Shown: positions 38,220-50,942 of the stretch, one piece after another
Layout of the letters: every line of letters begins with the position of its first letter
Position numbering within the stretch: the first letter of the stretch is position 1
DNA from: Scyliorhinus canicula
Taxonomy: Eukaryota
Length of the DNA: 64,000 bases
Assembly (NCBI RefSeq): GCF_902713615.1
Contig: NC_052161.1
Coordinates: 77,396,438 to 77,460,437, forward strand
Direction: 5' to 3'
The notes under the pieces: generated by a model
The model's database searches: none
What the model was told of the DNA's origin: nothing
The model's input: the letters and a program-made list of their open reading frames with translations, nothing else
Program-made: the position numbers and the translations under genes

Positions 38220-40805
38220 TACAGGGATCCCCTGTGGCCGTTCCCCTTAATAACAGGTATACCGCTTTGGATACTGTTGGGGGGAGGGGACTTACCAGGG
38301 GTCAGCCATGGGCTACAGGTCTCTGGCACAGAGTCTGTCCCTGTTGCTCAGAAGGGAAGGGGGGAGAGAAGAACATTAGTCATTGGAGACTCCATAGTTA
38401 GGGGGATAGATAGGAGATTCTGTGGGAACGAGAGAGACTCGCGGTTGGTGTGTTGCCTCCCAGGTGCCAGGGTCCACGATGTCTCGGATCGTGTTTTCGG
38501 GATCCTTAAGGGGGAGGAGAAGTAGCCCCAAGTCGTGGTCCACATAGGTACCAACGACATAGGTAGGAAAAGGGATAAGGATGTAAGGCAGGAATTCAGG
38601 GAGCTAGGGTGGAAACGTAGATCCAGGACAAACAGAGTTATTATCTCTGGGTTGTTACCCGTGCCACGTGCTAGCGAGTCGAGGAATAGGGAGAGAGAGC
38701 AGTTGAACACGTGGCTGCAGGGATGGTGCAGGAGGGAGGGTTTCAGATTCCTGGGCAATTGGGGCTCATTCTGGGGTAAGTTTGACCTCTACAAACGGAT
38801 GGTCTACACCTGAACCAGAGGGGTACTAATATCCTGGCGGGGAGGTTTGCTAATGCTCTTCGGGAGGGTTTAAACTAGTTCAGCAGGGGATTGGGAACCT
38901 GAATTGTAGCTCCAGTACACAAGAAGCTGAGAGTAGTGAGGTCATGAGTAAGGTTTCAAAGTTGCAGGAGTGTACCGGCAGGAAGGAAGGTGGTCTAAAG
39001 TGCATCTACTTCAATGCCAGGAGCATCCGGAATAAACTGGGTGAGCTTGCGGCATGGGTTAGTACCTGGGACTTCGATGTTGTGGCCATTTCGGAGACAT
39101 GGATAGAGCAGGGCGAGGAATGGTTGTTGCAGGTGCCGGGGTTTTGATATTTCAGTAAACTCAGGGAAGGTGGTAAGAGAGGGGGAGGGGTGGCATTGTT
39201 AGTCAAGGACAATATTACGGTGGCTGAGAGGACATTTGATGAGGACTCGAATACTGAGGTAGTATGGGCTGAGTTAAGAAACAGGAAAGGAGAGGTCACC
39301 CTGTTAGGGCTTTTCTATAGGCCTCCAAAACGTTCCAGAGATGTAGAGGAAAGGATTGCAAAGATGATTCTGGATAGGAGCGAAAGTACCAGGGTAGTTG
39401 TTATGGGGGACTTTAACTTTCCAAATATTGACTGGAAACACTATAGTTCGAGTACTTTAGATGGGTCCGTTTTTGTCCAATGTGTGCAGGAGGGTTTCCT
39501 GATGCAGTATGTAGATAGGCCAACAAGAGGCGAGGCCGTATTGAATTTGGTACTGGGTAATGAACCAGGGCAGGTGTTAGATTTGGAGGTAGGTGAGCAC
39601 TTTGGTGATAGTGACCACAATTCGATTACGTTTACGTTAGCGATGGAAAGGGATAGGTATACACCGCAGGGCAAGAGTTAAAGCTGGGGGAAAGGCAATT
39701 ATGATGCGATGAGGCAAGACTTAGGATGCATCGGCTGGAGAGGAAAACTGCAAGGGATGGGCACAATGGAAATGTGGAGCTTGTTCAAGGAACAGCTACC
39801 GCGTGTCCTTGATAAGTATGTACCTGTTATGCAGGGAGGAAGGGGTCAAGCGAGGGAACCAAGGGTTACTAAAGCAGTTGAAACACTTGTCAAGAGGAAG
39901 AAGGAGGCTTATGTAAAGATGAGACGTGATGGTTCAGTTAGGGCACTTGAAATGAAATGAAAAATGAAAATCGCTTATTGTCACGAGTAGGCTTCAATGA
40001 AGTTACTGTGAAAAGCCCCTAGTCGCCACATTCCGGCGCCTGCCCGGGGAGGCTGGTACGGGAATCGAACCGTGCTGCTGGCCTGCTTGGTCTGCTTTAA
40101 AAGCCAGCGATTTAGCTCAGTGAGCTAGTGTGGATGAGCAGAGAGATCTTGGTGTCCATGTCCATAGATCCCTGAAAGTTGCCACCCAGGTTGAGAGGGT
40201 TGTTAAGAAGGCGTATTTTATTGGTAGAGGAATTGAGTTTCGGAGCCATGAGGTCATGTTGCAGTTGTACAAAACTCTGGTGCGGCCGCATTTGGAGTAT
40301 TGCGTGCAGTTCTGGTCGCCGCATTAGAGGAAGGTTGTGGAAGCATTGGAAATGGTACAGGGGAGATTTACAAGGATGTTGACTGGTATGGAGGGAAGAT
40401 CTTATGAGGAAAGGCTGAAGGACTTGAGGCTGTTTTCGTTAGAGAGAAGAAGGTTAAGAGGTGACTTAATTGAGGCATACAAGATGATCAGAGGATTAGA
40501 TAGAGTGGACATTGAGAGCCTTTTTCCTTGGATGGTGATGTCCAGCACGAGGGGACATAGCTTTAAATTGAGGGGAGATAGATATAGGACAGATGTCAGA
40601 GGTAGGTTCTTGACTCAGAGAGTAGTAAGGGCATGGAATGCTCTGCCTGCAACAGTAGTAGACTCGCCAACACTAAACGCATTCAAATGGTCATTGGATA
40701 GGCATATGGACGATAAGGGAATAGTGTAGAGGAACTTTAGAGGGGTTTCACAGGACGGCGCAACATCGAGGACCGAAGGGCCTGTACTGCACTGTAATGT
40801 TCTAT
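38220..40805 (+). mobile_element. CR1 LINE with ORF1 SGNH esterase, ORF2 APE endonuclease and 3' end; most of RT deleted
   Basis: VIGDSIVRG, CLPGA, VHIGTND, DGLHL-like (ORF1 esterase); YFNARSI, ISETW, FYRPP, MGDFNFP, SDHN (APE); RDLGV...YCVQFWSPH...QRVVRAWNALP; tail at 40760-40805. Confidence 0.92.
39949..40125 (-). mobile_element. Family-B SINE at the CR1 deletion breakpoint
   Basis: (AAATG)n tail then AATCGCTTATTGTCACGAGTAGGC...TTTAGCTCAGTGAGCTA. Confidence 0.85.
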
Positions 40806-40899
40806 GAAAATGTTGTAAAGTGAAAGGTGGGTAAATGTACCCTGACTGACCAGTTTGCAGTAACCCTTTTTAACTCGGGTGTGTTACGCGGTGAGATAG

Positions 40900-41212
40900 A
40901 CATAGAACATAGAGTGCAGAAGAGGGCTATTCGGCCCATCGAGTCTGCACTGACCCACTTAAGCCCTTACTTCCACCCTATCCCTGTAACCCAATAACCC
41001 GTCCTAATCCTTTTGGTCACTAAGAGCAATTTATCATGGTCAATCCATCTAACCTGCACGTCTTTGGACTGTGGGAGGAAACCGGAGCACCCGGAGGAAA
41101 CCCACGCAGACACAGGGAGAACGTGCAGACTCTGCACAGTGACCCAGCGGGAATTGAACCTGGGACCCTGGCACTGTGAAGCCACAGTGCTAGCCACTTT
41201 TGCTACCGTGCT
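40900..41212 (-). mobile_element. HE1 V-SINE
   Basis: V core and CR1 tail. Confidence 0.88.
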
Positions 41213-41281
41213 GACAAAGGAGACAAGATTAATTTGAAGGACCAACACAACTTTACTGAACACTTTATTGCACAAAACAAT

Positions 41282-41470
41282 GGGCTGAATTCTCTAATTC
41301 GCCAGCTGTGTGTTTGTCGACAGCGCCATTCACTGGCAGCGGGATTTTATACTCCCACTGTTTGTCAATGGGATTTACCATTGTAAACACCGTACGCCAC
41401 TGGGAAACCCATGGGCGCGGATGCGCTGTCGGCGGGAAAATTGAATTACAACAGCAGGAGAATTCCGGCT
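41282..41470. mobile_element. Short (~190 bp) Harbinger-type MITE, TSD AAT
   Basis: GGGCTGAATTCTC ... GAGAATTCCGGCT; AAT at 41279-81 and 41471-73. Confidence 0.8.
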
Positions 41471-41689
41471 AATATTTATCAAACTCTCTATAAATAAACA
41501 GACTCAAACCTACACTAGATAGCTACTTCTGGCATACGGTCCGCAGGGTTTGCTACACCTTATTCATGGATTCCTATCACTATATTTGAACTGTTTGTCT
41601 GAAAAAAAGACAGTTAATAGCCGTCCAATAAGGTTGGGACAGTCTGAGTTTGAGAGGTAGCTGATTTGTCAGGATCGTCTGTCGTCGAT

Positions 41690-42539
41690 TTGAGTTTTCC
41701 CTCGCGACTAGGACTGGTTTTCTCAGTCGGCAGCTGCCCGTGTTCCCGCCGGTGTGGTTCTAACATGGTCCCGCCTGGCGGGCACTTGGGGTGGCCGCTG
41801 CGGACTCAGTCTCCTCGTACCCTCACCGGGAAGGGGGGTCCCCAGGATGGCCAGGCTCGCGATCGGAGGCCACCGATCGGTAGGCACATGCAATCTGGAG
41901 ATGGCCTATATTGTGGGGGCCGGTCCGCTGTGTAGTTCCGCCATGTTGCGCAGGGCCACCGCCAGAGGTGCAGGGCCCCGTATCAGCAGCCGGTGCTGCA
42001 CGGAGCACTCCGGCACCCTGCTGGCGCCCTGTGGGCCATGGAATCATAGAATTTCATAGAATTTACAGTGCAGAAGGAGGCCATTCAGCCCATCGAGTCT
42101 GCACCGGCTCTTGGAAAGAGCACGCTACCCAAGGTCAACAACTCCACCCTATCCCCATAACCCAGTAACCCCACCCAACACTAAGAGCAATTTTGGACAC
42201 TAAGGGCAATTTAGCATTGCCAATCCACCAAACCTGCACATCTTTGGACTGTGGGAGGAAACCGGTGCACCCGGAGGAAACCCACGCACACACGGGGAGG
42301 ATGTGCAGACTCCGCACAGACAGTGACCCAAGCCGGAATCGAACCTGGGACTCTGGAGCTGTGAAGCGATTGTGCTAACCACAGTGCTACCGTGCTGCAA
42401 TTGGGGATAGGCCGTTGTTGGAAAGTCCAGTATTTGTTGCCTATCCCCAATTGGAATCGCTGGCCAGGGGGCCCGTTGACGCCGGCGTAAAACACTCCAG
42501 TGTTTACGCCGCCATCAAGACTTTGGAAAATCCCGTCCC
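41690..42539. mobile_element. GC-rich MITE interrupted by HE1 (-, 42040-42398)
   Basis: Related to 33891-34365; right end GGAAAATCCCGTCCC. Confidence 0.7.
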
Positions 42540-42692
42540 ATATTCATGAAAAGAAAATATCAATATTTCTGTAATAATCCTGGAGTTCATGGGTCACCTG
42601 ACCATGAAACTATTGCCCCCTTGTGAAAATGGACTGAATTTATTGCCCAATATCTCTGCTGAAGAGTGATATGGACGCAAAACGTTAATTCT

Positions 42693-42859
42693 GGCTGGAA
42701 TTCTCCGGCAATTGGAATTCTCTTTTCCTGCTGGCGGCACATCCCTGTCCGCAGGTTTCCCGGGTGAGTGGGGTGGCTTCCATGGGAAATCCCATTGACA
42801 GGAGGCAGGATGAGAGAATTCCACTGTCATCGAACGGCACACCACAGAGAAGCACATGG

Positions 42860-42901
<42 letters not shown>

Positions 42902-42910
42902 ATCCTGCCC
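42693..42910. mobile_element. Short MITE with a G39 tract, TSD TCT, inserted in a Penelope-derived short repeat
   Basis: GGCTGGAATTCTCC ... GAATCCTGCCC; TCT at 42690-92 and 42911-13; poly-G 42862-42900. Confidence 0.8.
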
Positions 42911-43339
42911 TCTGTTTCTCCACAGACGCTGCCGGGACCTGATCAGTTTGTCCAGCATTTTCTGCTTTTATTTGAATTTATTCCAAGTTGTCTGGAGTGA
43001 TAGTGTTATCATTCATTCTTGTGCTCACGGAATTGCAGTATCAGTTTGCGGCCAGTTTGTTTAAAGAATGAACACTTTTGTTTGTATTTAAAAGTGCAGC
43101 CAATGGTCTGAGGCAGCTGCAAAACAGCGGCATTTATTTTAATCTTAAAAGATCCAGGATTTTTCAACAATTTATTGTGGTCTGGAAGGCTTTGGACAAA
43201 CTAGACCCTGTGGTAGTTAGAAATAAATCAATGGGAATACAAATTTCATCAGATTATAACAATAGGGAGCTTACAATCTGTTTTCAGAGATTCAGTAAGC
43301 TTTGCCCAATTATAGATTTCAACTTTTATCTTTGTTTGA

Positions 43340-44960
43340 TCATTCTTCGGATGTGGCCGTTGTTGGAAAGTCCAGTATTTGTTCCCTATCCCCAATTGCC
43401 CTTGCAAAGGTGGTGATGAACTGTAGTCCATCTGGTCTATCAATTTTGTTTGAAATAGAACTCTAGGACTTTTGCTCACTGACAGTAAGTAAAGGAATGG
43501 TGATATAGTTCCAAGTCAGGAGGATAGAGTGTGCTTTGAGCGAGGCGTGGAAAGGGAATCTTGCATGCTGTAGTGTTTGCATTCTTCTCCCTGCCTTTGT
43601 CCTTCTTTGGTAGTGGTTGTCAAGATGTTGTTAAAGGTGCCTTGGCGAATTGCTGCAGTGCATGTTATAGATGGTATACACTGCTGCTATTGTGCATTAT
43701 TGGTGGCAAGAATGAATGTCCACAGCCTCGGATGGGGTGTCGATCAAATGGGTTGCATTGTCCTGAATGGTGTCGAGTTTCTTGTGCGTTGTTGGAGCTG
43801 CACCCATCCAGGCAAGTGGAGAATATTCCATCACACTCTTGACTTGTGCCTTGTAGAAGCTTTGGGGAATCAAGAGGTGAATTACTCATAGCATTCCCAG
43901 CGGTTGACCTGCTCTTGTAGTCACAGTATTTATATGGCTAATCCAGTTAAATTTCTGCTCAATGGTAACCCCCCCAGGATTTGGATGATTAAGGAATCAG
44001 CAATGTTGGTGCTGTTGTATGTTACAGGAGATTGTTAGATTCTCTTTTGTTGGAGATGGTAATTGCCTGGCAATTGTGTGGTAAGAATGTTGTTTATCAC
44101 TTATCAGCCCAAGCTTGAATGTTGTCCACGTCTTTCTGCAAATGGGCATGACTGCTTCAGCGTTTGGAAGCTGTGAATGGTACTGAACACTGTGCAATCA
44201 TCCCATTTCTGGCCTGATATCTGAGGGCTGCGATGATTGATATTCAACAGCTGCAACTTTGTGGTAAGTATGATTCCAATCAGTGGAGGGTTTTGCTCCT
44301 GATTCCTGTTGACTCCAGTTTAGCTAGGGCTCTTTGATGCCACACGTGGTCAAATACTGCCTTGATGCCAAGGGCAGTCACGCTCATATCACTTCTGAAG
44401 TTCAGCTCTTTTGCTCATGCTCTGACCAAGGTTTTAATGAGGTCTGCAGCCGAGTGGCCCTGGCGGAACTCATGTTGAGTTTCAGTGTGCAGGTTGTTGC
44501 TGTGTAAGTGCAGCATGACCACACTCACAATGACAACATCATGAAGAACAAAGAACAGTACAACACATGAACAGGCCCTCCCACCATCCAAGTCTGTGCC
44601 GATCATGATGCCTGTCTCAACTAAAACCTTCTGAACTTCCGGGGTCCGCATCCCTCTATTCCCATTCTATTCATCCATTCACTTGGCTGATGATTGAGAG
44701 TAGACTGATGGGGCAGTGATCGACCTGGTTGAATTTGTCCTGCGTTTTGTCAACAGACATAACTAGACAATTTTCCACATGATCAGGTAGATGTCTGTCT
44801 TGTCACTGTACTAGATTAACATGGTTAAGGGTGCAGTTAACTCTGGGGCACAAGTCTTCAGTATGATGGCTGGCGTGCTATCAATGACCATAGCCTTTGC
44901 TGTATCTAGTGCCCTCAACCGTTTCTTGATATTATGTGAAGTGAATAAAATTGTCTGAAT
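43340..44960 (-). mobile_element. Old non-LTR retrotransposon (L2/CR1 group) sharing its 3' tail with the DeuSINE-like SINEs
   Basis: QHEFRQGHSAADL and other decayed RT motifs; tail CAAGGGCAATT.GGGAT.GG.AACAAATA as at 35000-35025. Related pieces at 48385-48560, 57400-59850 and 60900-61045. Confidence 0.7.
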
Positions 44961-45544
44961 ATTGGCATGATTCCCCGGGCCCCGATACTAGCCCCGCCCG
45001 GGGGGGAGAATCGGGTCCCGGGACGGAGCTTCGAGGCCGGCGTGAAACACGGCCAGTTTCACGCCAGCCTTCACGGCACGCCGGATTTGCGGAGAATCGC
45101 GCCCCACGTCTTTCGGGACTTGTGGGAGGAAATCGGAGCTCCCGGAGGAAACCCACCCAGTCATTCCCACCAAGGGTGTTCCTGGTTATTGCAGTGTTCC
45201 CCATTGGGATTCTTACTCAGAAGAGGGAAGGTCTAAGAGAGAACAATTATATAAATTTATAAACCATTTTGTCCAATATATTGATCGACATTTTAAAGAG
45301 CAATTCAATATATACTTCCCTTTGTCCATTTGTTTTCAAATACTTTCTATGGTAATCGTTAGTGGGAAAATGTAACTTGCTGCCGGAATCCTGACAGCCT
45401 GCTTAACCTGAAGTAGCCAAGTAAAGCTCAATAAAGAAGGATTAAATGTTTAGGCGAAGACTGTAATTTTGTAATTGTTGAAGAAAAATTAAGTGTAAGC
45501 TTTCTACTTACAATTCTGTCAGCAAATTTTATTTTCCTGAAATG

Positions 45545-45755
45545 ACTTTTTTTTAACAAATTTAGAGTACCCAATTTATTTTTTCCAATTTAGAGTGGCC
45601 AATCCACCTAGCCTGCACATCTTTGGGTTGTGGGGGTGAAACCCACGCAAACACGGGGAGAATGTGCAAACTCCACACGGACAGTGACCCAGAGCCGGGA
45701 TCGAACCTGGCACCTCGGCGCCGTGAGGCAGCAGGGCTAACCCACCGCGCCACCC
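45545..45755 (-). mobile_element. Short V-SINE with poly(A) and 15-bp TSD
   Basis: TATTTTCCTGAAATG at 45530-45544 and 45756-45770. Confidence 0.9.
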
Positions 45756-46279
45756 TATTTTCCTGAAATGCTGACTGTTCTGTACTGTTCTGTCACATTT
45801 CTCCACTCCCTCACTCTCCATGTCAGTTCAGACTCAACACCCATATGTGCCAAGGTTATTTTAATTCTAGCAACAATTGAGTTCAATTGCCATTACTATA
45901 ATGCTGGCCGGCAAATTGAAACCTGCATCAGAGCTGCAGGTAAGATGGGTTCTGCAGGTTGGTAGTAATAGTTGAAGTGTAGAGCCAAGCAGAACTACTC
46001 CAGTCTGGGAGACTGATCAACACAAAATTAAACTGTTATCTGCAGGTAAATATTAGCATTGCTTTTATTGATCTCGAGCAAACGGTTTAATCGGAGGCAG
46101 TATTTCCACAGGCAACAGAAAACACAGATGTTATTTTGTTTCTCTTTGGATAATGAGCGGCTGGCTTTTTGAGCTCATTGTTTGCTGAATTATTTAAATG
46201 TGAGAGGCGGGGAAGCTGAATGATAAGAAAATTGGCTCTTTGCTTTCTTCATTTAAAATGTTTAAACAAGCATTTGAGC

Positions 46280-47050
46280 TTGTCATATGAGGAGCAGTAT
46301 ATCTGTACTCATTGGAGTTTAGAAGGATGAGGGGGGATCTTATTGAAACTTACAGGATACTGAGAGGCCTACATAGAGTGGATGTGGAGAAGATGTTTCC
46401 ACTACTAGGAAAAACTAGAACCAGAGGACACAGCCTCAGACTGAAAGGACAATCCTTGAAAACCGAAATGAGGAGGAATTTCTTCAGCCAGAGGGTGGTG
46501 GAACTCTTTGCCGCAAAAGGCTGTAGAGGCCAAATCACGGATTGTCTTTAAGACAGAGATAGATAGGTTCTTGATTAATAAGGGGATCAGAGGTTATGGG
46601 GAGAAGGCAGGAAAATGGGGATGGGAAACATATCAGCCATGACTGAATGGCGGAGCAGACTCGATGGGCCGAGCGGCCTAATTGCGCTCATACGGGCGGC
46701 ACGGTAGCACAGTTAGCACTGTTGATTCACAGCTCCAGAGTCCCAGGTTCGATTCCTGGCTTGGGTCACTGTCTGTGCAGAGTCTGCAAGTTCTCCCCGT
46801 GTCTGCGTTGGTTTCCGCCGGGTGCTCCGGTTTCGTCCCACAGCCCAAAGATGTGCAGGTTAGGTGAATTGGCTGTGCTAAATTGCCGTTTATGTCAAAA
46901 AAAAAAGGTTAGGTGGGGTTATTGGGTTATGGGGATAGGGTGGAAATGTAGGCTTAAGTAGGGTGCTCTTTCCAAGGGCCGGTGCAGACTCGATGGGCTG
47001 AATGGCCTACTTCTGCACTGTAGATTCTATGATTCTATGTCTTATGGTCT
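46280..47050 (+). mobile_element. CR1 3' end with an HE1 inserted in its tail (46694-47040)
   Basis: EFRRMRGDLIETYRILRGL...RRNFFSQRVV. Confidence 0.88.
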
Positions 47051-48569
47051 TATTTGTGACATGCACAGCTGATCAGTTTATGATATAGTCTCATGATGCT
47101 ATTTGAGATTGACGAAAGGTTTGCGCGAATTGTCACATGATTCCTTCACACATGCTCTTGTCGAAACTGCCCAAGTTTGAATCAAAAATTTCCAAAATTT
47201 ACACTGTGAATTTATGAATCTTATTAAAAATAGGTTGTTGGTTAAGTGATTTATCTTTACTTTTGAAACCTGAAATCACCAGGTTTTGGGGAAATCAAGC
47301 TGATTCTTGTTAACAGAAGGAGTCTGATATTTGTGAATCATTAATCTCGTCTACCTGCCAATCAGCCATCTCCAGGATGCTTCGATCCCATTTACCAGGC
47401 ACCATTATTCATTCTTAGCTCTTATTATTAATCCCTTCAGTACTAATTATTCCTCATTCTCATTTATCAGACCACTCCAATACTAATTTGTTCTGCAATC
47501 GCTAAATACTGAGGATGCAGGAAATCTGAAGTTAAAAACTGAAAATGTTGGGGAAAAAAACAGCAGGTCTGGCAGCATCTGTGCAGAGAGAAGCAGAGTT
47601 ATCATTTGATTTCAATGGAAGTTCTTGTACATTTATTGATCCCTAGGCTTAATTGATCATTTGCGCTTAGGAAATAAATTACAAATGTTAATTGACAAAA
47701 GATTCAAATAGAGTACTGCACCCTCATGAGAATGAATAAAGGGCTGATGACTTTTCACCTTCTCATTGCTTACCCTTGGCTTTCAGTTACATTGCTTCTG
47801 AACACTAAGGGGCTTTTGAAGGCGTTCATCTGAATGATTTTCCAGTCTCCATGTCTGGTGGTGTTGAACAAAATGGCTGATCGTTGGTTGGTTGAAAACC
47901 TCAACAATGTCCTGGATTCTCAAAACGTAACATCTCTTAACAAAATATTGATGAGGCATCTTGATGCGAACTACAGTATTAAGAGCAGGCAGGTCAAGTT
48001 AAAACGAATAATGGTTTGAAAGCATCCCGATTAAGTATTTCATGAAATGTAGAGAAGTATGAGCCTATCACAAAGATAAGCAGACTGCTTTGTCCTATTT
48101 TCTGTCTAGTTTCTTAAGTAGTATTGGAACTGCATTTGTTGTAATCTCTGCAAGAACCACAGATCCTTGTTGATCTCCCCGCGGGACTCATGGAGTACGA
48201 ACTTCCTAGATAGGCGGCGGAGTCCACCCAGATACATTAAAGATGGCCCAAAGCAAGTCCTGGTGTGGTTAGTTCTCCCAGCAAGGACTGTACTGGGAGT
48301 GAGTTATTGCCATGAGCAGAATATTATGTATAGTTAAATAAATCTCTGTTCTACTTCCGCTTGCTTCCTCAAGTTCAGCCAGATAAATGGAGAATACTCC
48401 ATCACACATCCTAACTTGTGCCTTCTAGGTGGTGTAAAGGGCTTTGGGAATCAAGAGATTTATCACTCGTCACAGAATACCCAACCTATGACCTGCTTTT
48501 GTAGCCACAACATTTATACGGCCGGTCAAAAGACATTTCTGGTTAATCCGAACCCTCAGGTTGTTATTG

Positions 48570-49014
48570 GCAGTACAAGCTGGAGCTGCCCGAGGAGGAG
48601 GAGGCTGCAGAATAAAGCGTTTTCCAGAGGAAAAGGAGGCAGCCGGTGAGGATGGAGAGCCAGCCGCCCAATAGGAGAAGGAGGAGATGCAAAGGAGGTG
48701 TTGCATGAGGCCTTCCGTGTCCCTGCACTGACTGTCATTTGAAGACTTGCCAGATCAGCGTGCCATCGAAGACTCCGGCTGAGGAGGGGGACAGTCCGAC
48801 ATTTCTGCCAGATCATGGTGCAACTGGCACTGCAGGGGAAAGGGGGAGCTTACCCAATCCCGGTGGTCGTCAAGGTGACGGTCGCCCTGAACTTTTACGG
48901 CATGGGGTCCTTCCAGGCGCTGAGTGGGGACTTGTCAGGGATCTCACAGGCCTCGGTGCACAGTTACGTCCACGCCGTCATGGAGATCCTATGTGCCCAG
49001 TCGGCACTATACAT
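48570..49014 (+). pseudogene. PIF/Harbinger transposase N-terminal (HTH) remnant
   Basis: RRLRLRRGTVRHFCQIM...YPIPVVVKVTVALNFYGMGSFQALSGDLSGISQASVH, a HARBI1-like region. Confidence 0.85.
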
Positions 49015-49600
49015 ACGGCTTTGGACATGCTGGCCTTGGACGTGCTGATCCATAGCCAAAACCCTTTCCCCCACAAGGCCTGCACCACAGTCGCCACGCA
49101 TGCGGTGTTGGCCTGGTCGGCACCACCTCATGCTCCTGCACGCAGTTGGACTCCTCCACCTGCACCTGCAGATGCTGGATCCTCGCCGACAATCCCTCAT
49201 GTAGTTCCTGAATCTGCGACTGCACCACCACAATCGATGGGACTGTCCGTTCCAAAAGCCCGAATCCCGCCTGGACAACAACTAGTCCCTGGGATTGGCC
49301 CACCCTATGGTCATCTGCCCCCTCGGGTGTTCCTACCTCTATCTGCTGTACTGGAGCGTTTGTGTGGTGAGCACCAGGTAGCGTCCCAAGGTGGGTATCT
49401 CTAGGATGGTGGAGGGTGTTGGAGACAGCTGTAATGGGAAGTCAGTGTCATCCTCAGACTCGAGCTCGGGGGTGGCCTGTGTCTTGGTGTATGGCTCCTG
49501 TCCATGTCGGTATCCTCGTCGCCACTCGGCACCCGAGGCTCTCGCTTTGCCTGGGGGTGTGGGGCACCAGAAGTACCCGCCCCATCAATGTAAATTGTGT
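49015..49600 (-). pseudogene. Probable C-terminal part of the convergent Harbinger second (Myb-like) gene
   Basis: Coiled-coil-like QSQIQELHEGLSARIQHLQVQVEES abutting the truncated transposase on the opposite strand; no diagnostic domain seen. Confidence 0.45.
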
Positions 49601-50306
49601 GCTCCAGGATATTTGAACTGAATTCAATTTGAAAATACCTCTTTCACGTTGAGGCTGCATTGTTGTAATTGCAAGAAGAGAAAATTCCGGAATTGTTCTT
49701 TCATTTGATCTGATCAGTATTTGCTCCGTTGAAGTTGGTGGGTGAAAACAGATGAAGACACTCCTGTTTGAAAATGGTGGGTTTCATTGACATGGAACGG
49801 GAACCAACACTGTATAGATTATAAAACTTTATCATAATGCTGTTTTTTATTTTTAAATGGGATTTTTCAAACACAATTAAGATGGTTGACACTCTGTTTG
49901 GGAGATATCCCCAGCAGTCTCCAGATGAAAACATTCCCTTCTCCAGTTTCGGGAATGTCACGCCTCGTTACGCCTAAGGAGCTACTAACAGACAACCTGG
50001 GACTTGTCAGAGCAAGTTCAAAGGGAGCCACAGGAAGACCATTTGCCTTTGATAAGCCAAATGTGCGAGCGGAGTCAGTGGGTCTACTGAGACAAAATAA
50101 AAACATAAAATGCTGGATGGACTCAGCGGGTCAGGCAACATATGTGGAGAGACAAACAGAGGGTTGAATGTTCTCATCTTTTTGCTGAGTGTGACAGCGG
50201 GTTGGAAAAAAGGGGCTGAACTCACTGGCCCCAATGGCGACTTCCTCCCTCGTATCATTACAGATTTAATATAAGAAAATCAAAGGAGCAGGTCCCACAA
50301 CATCAC

Positions 50307-50857
50307 GGGCAGGTATCTCCGCTCCCCCGTCAGGTTGGAGAATCCCTGGTGGGCAGCGTGAATTCCGCACCGCCTCTATTCTCCGGCGCTGGTTTTCAAG
50401 CGGGGGCGGGGTTTACGCTATGCCGGTCGTGGGGCATTGGCAGCGCCCCCCCCCCCCAGCAATTCTCCGGGCCCCGATGGGCCAAGCGGCCATCAGTTTC
50501 TGGCCAGTCCCGCTGACATGAAATGGACATGGTCCCACGTTGCAGGACTGGCTGGTAGGCCGTTTAGTGGAGTCCTCGGGTGGGGTGCGGGGGGATCCAC
50601 TCCTTCCTTCCGCGCTGGTCTCTGTAGGGCTCCGCCAAGGATGGCGCTGAGAAGAAACACCCTGCGCATGGGCAGGAACACGCCAACCGATTTGCGCATG
50701 CGTGGAACCACGCCGGCGGTTCTGCGCATGCGCCAACGCGTGTCGGCCCTTCGGCACTGCTTGGCGCCAACCCCTCCGCCGCTAGCCTAGCTCCTGGAAG
50801 TGCGGAGGATTGGCGCCGGCGTCGGGCCATCCCATCAACTGCGGGGGAATCCCGCCC
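50307..50857. mobile_element. GC-rich Harbinger-type MITE
   Basis: GGGCAGGTATCTCC ... GGGGAATCCCGCCC; internal GCGCATGCGC motifs. Confidence 0.75.
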
Positions 50858-50942
50858 GGGTTCTGATTGAGTCCACCTTGCCAGCAAATTAGGTTCTAAA
50901 AGATCTAAAACATTGTAATGAAACTTAGATCCACATCACCGG

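Noticed and set aside
47224-47233. MEF2 consensus TTAAAAATAG with a nearby CAGCTG E-box (also CTAAATATAA at 28418)
   Set aside because: Expected by chance in AT-rich DNA; needs conservation data.
49886-50090. Possible additional MYPN exon
   Set aside because: No convincing splice sites or similarity to the recalled upstream exon.
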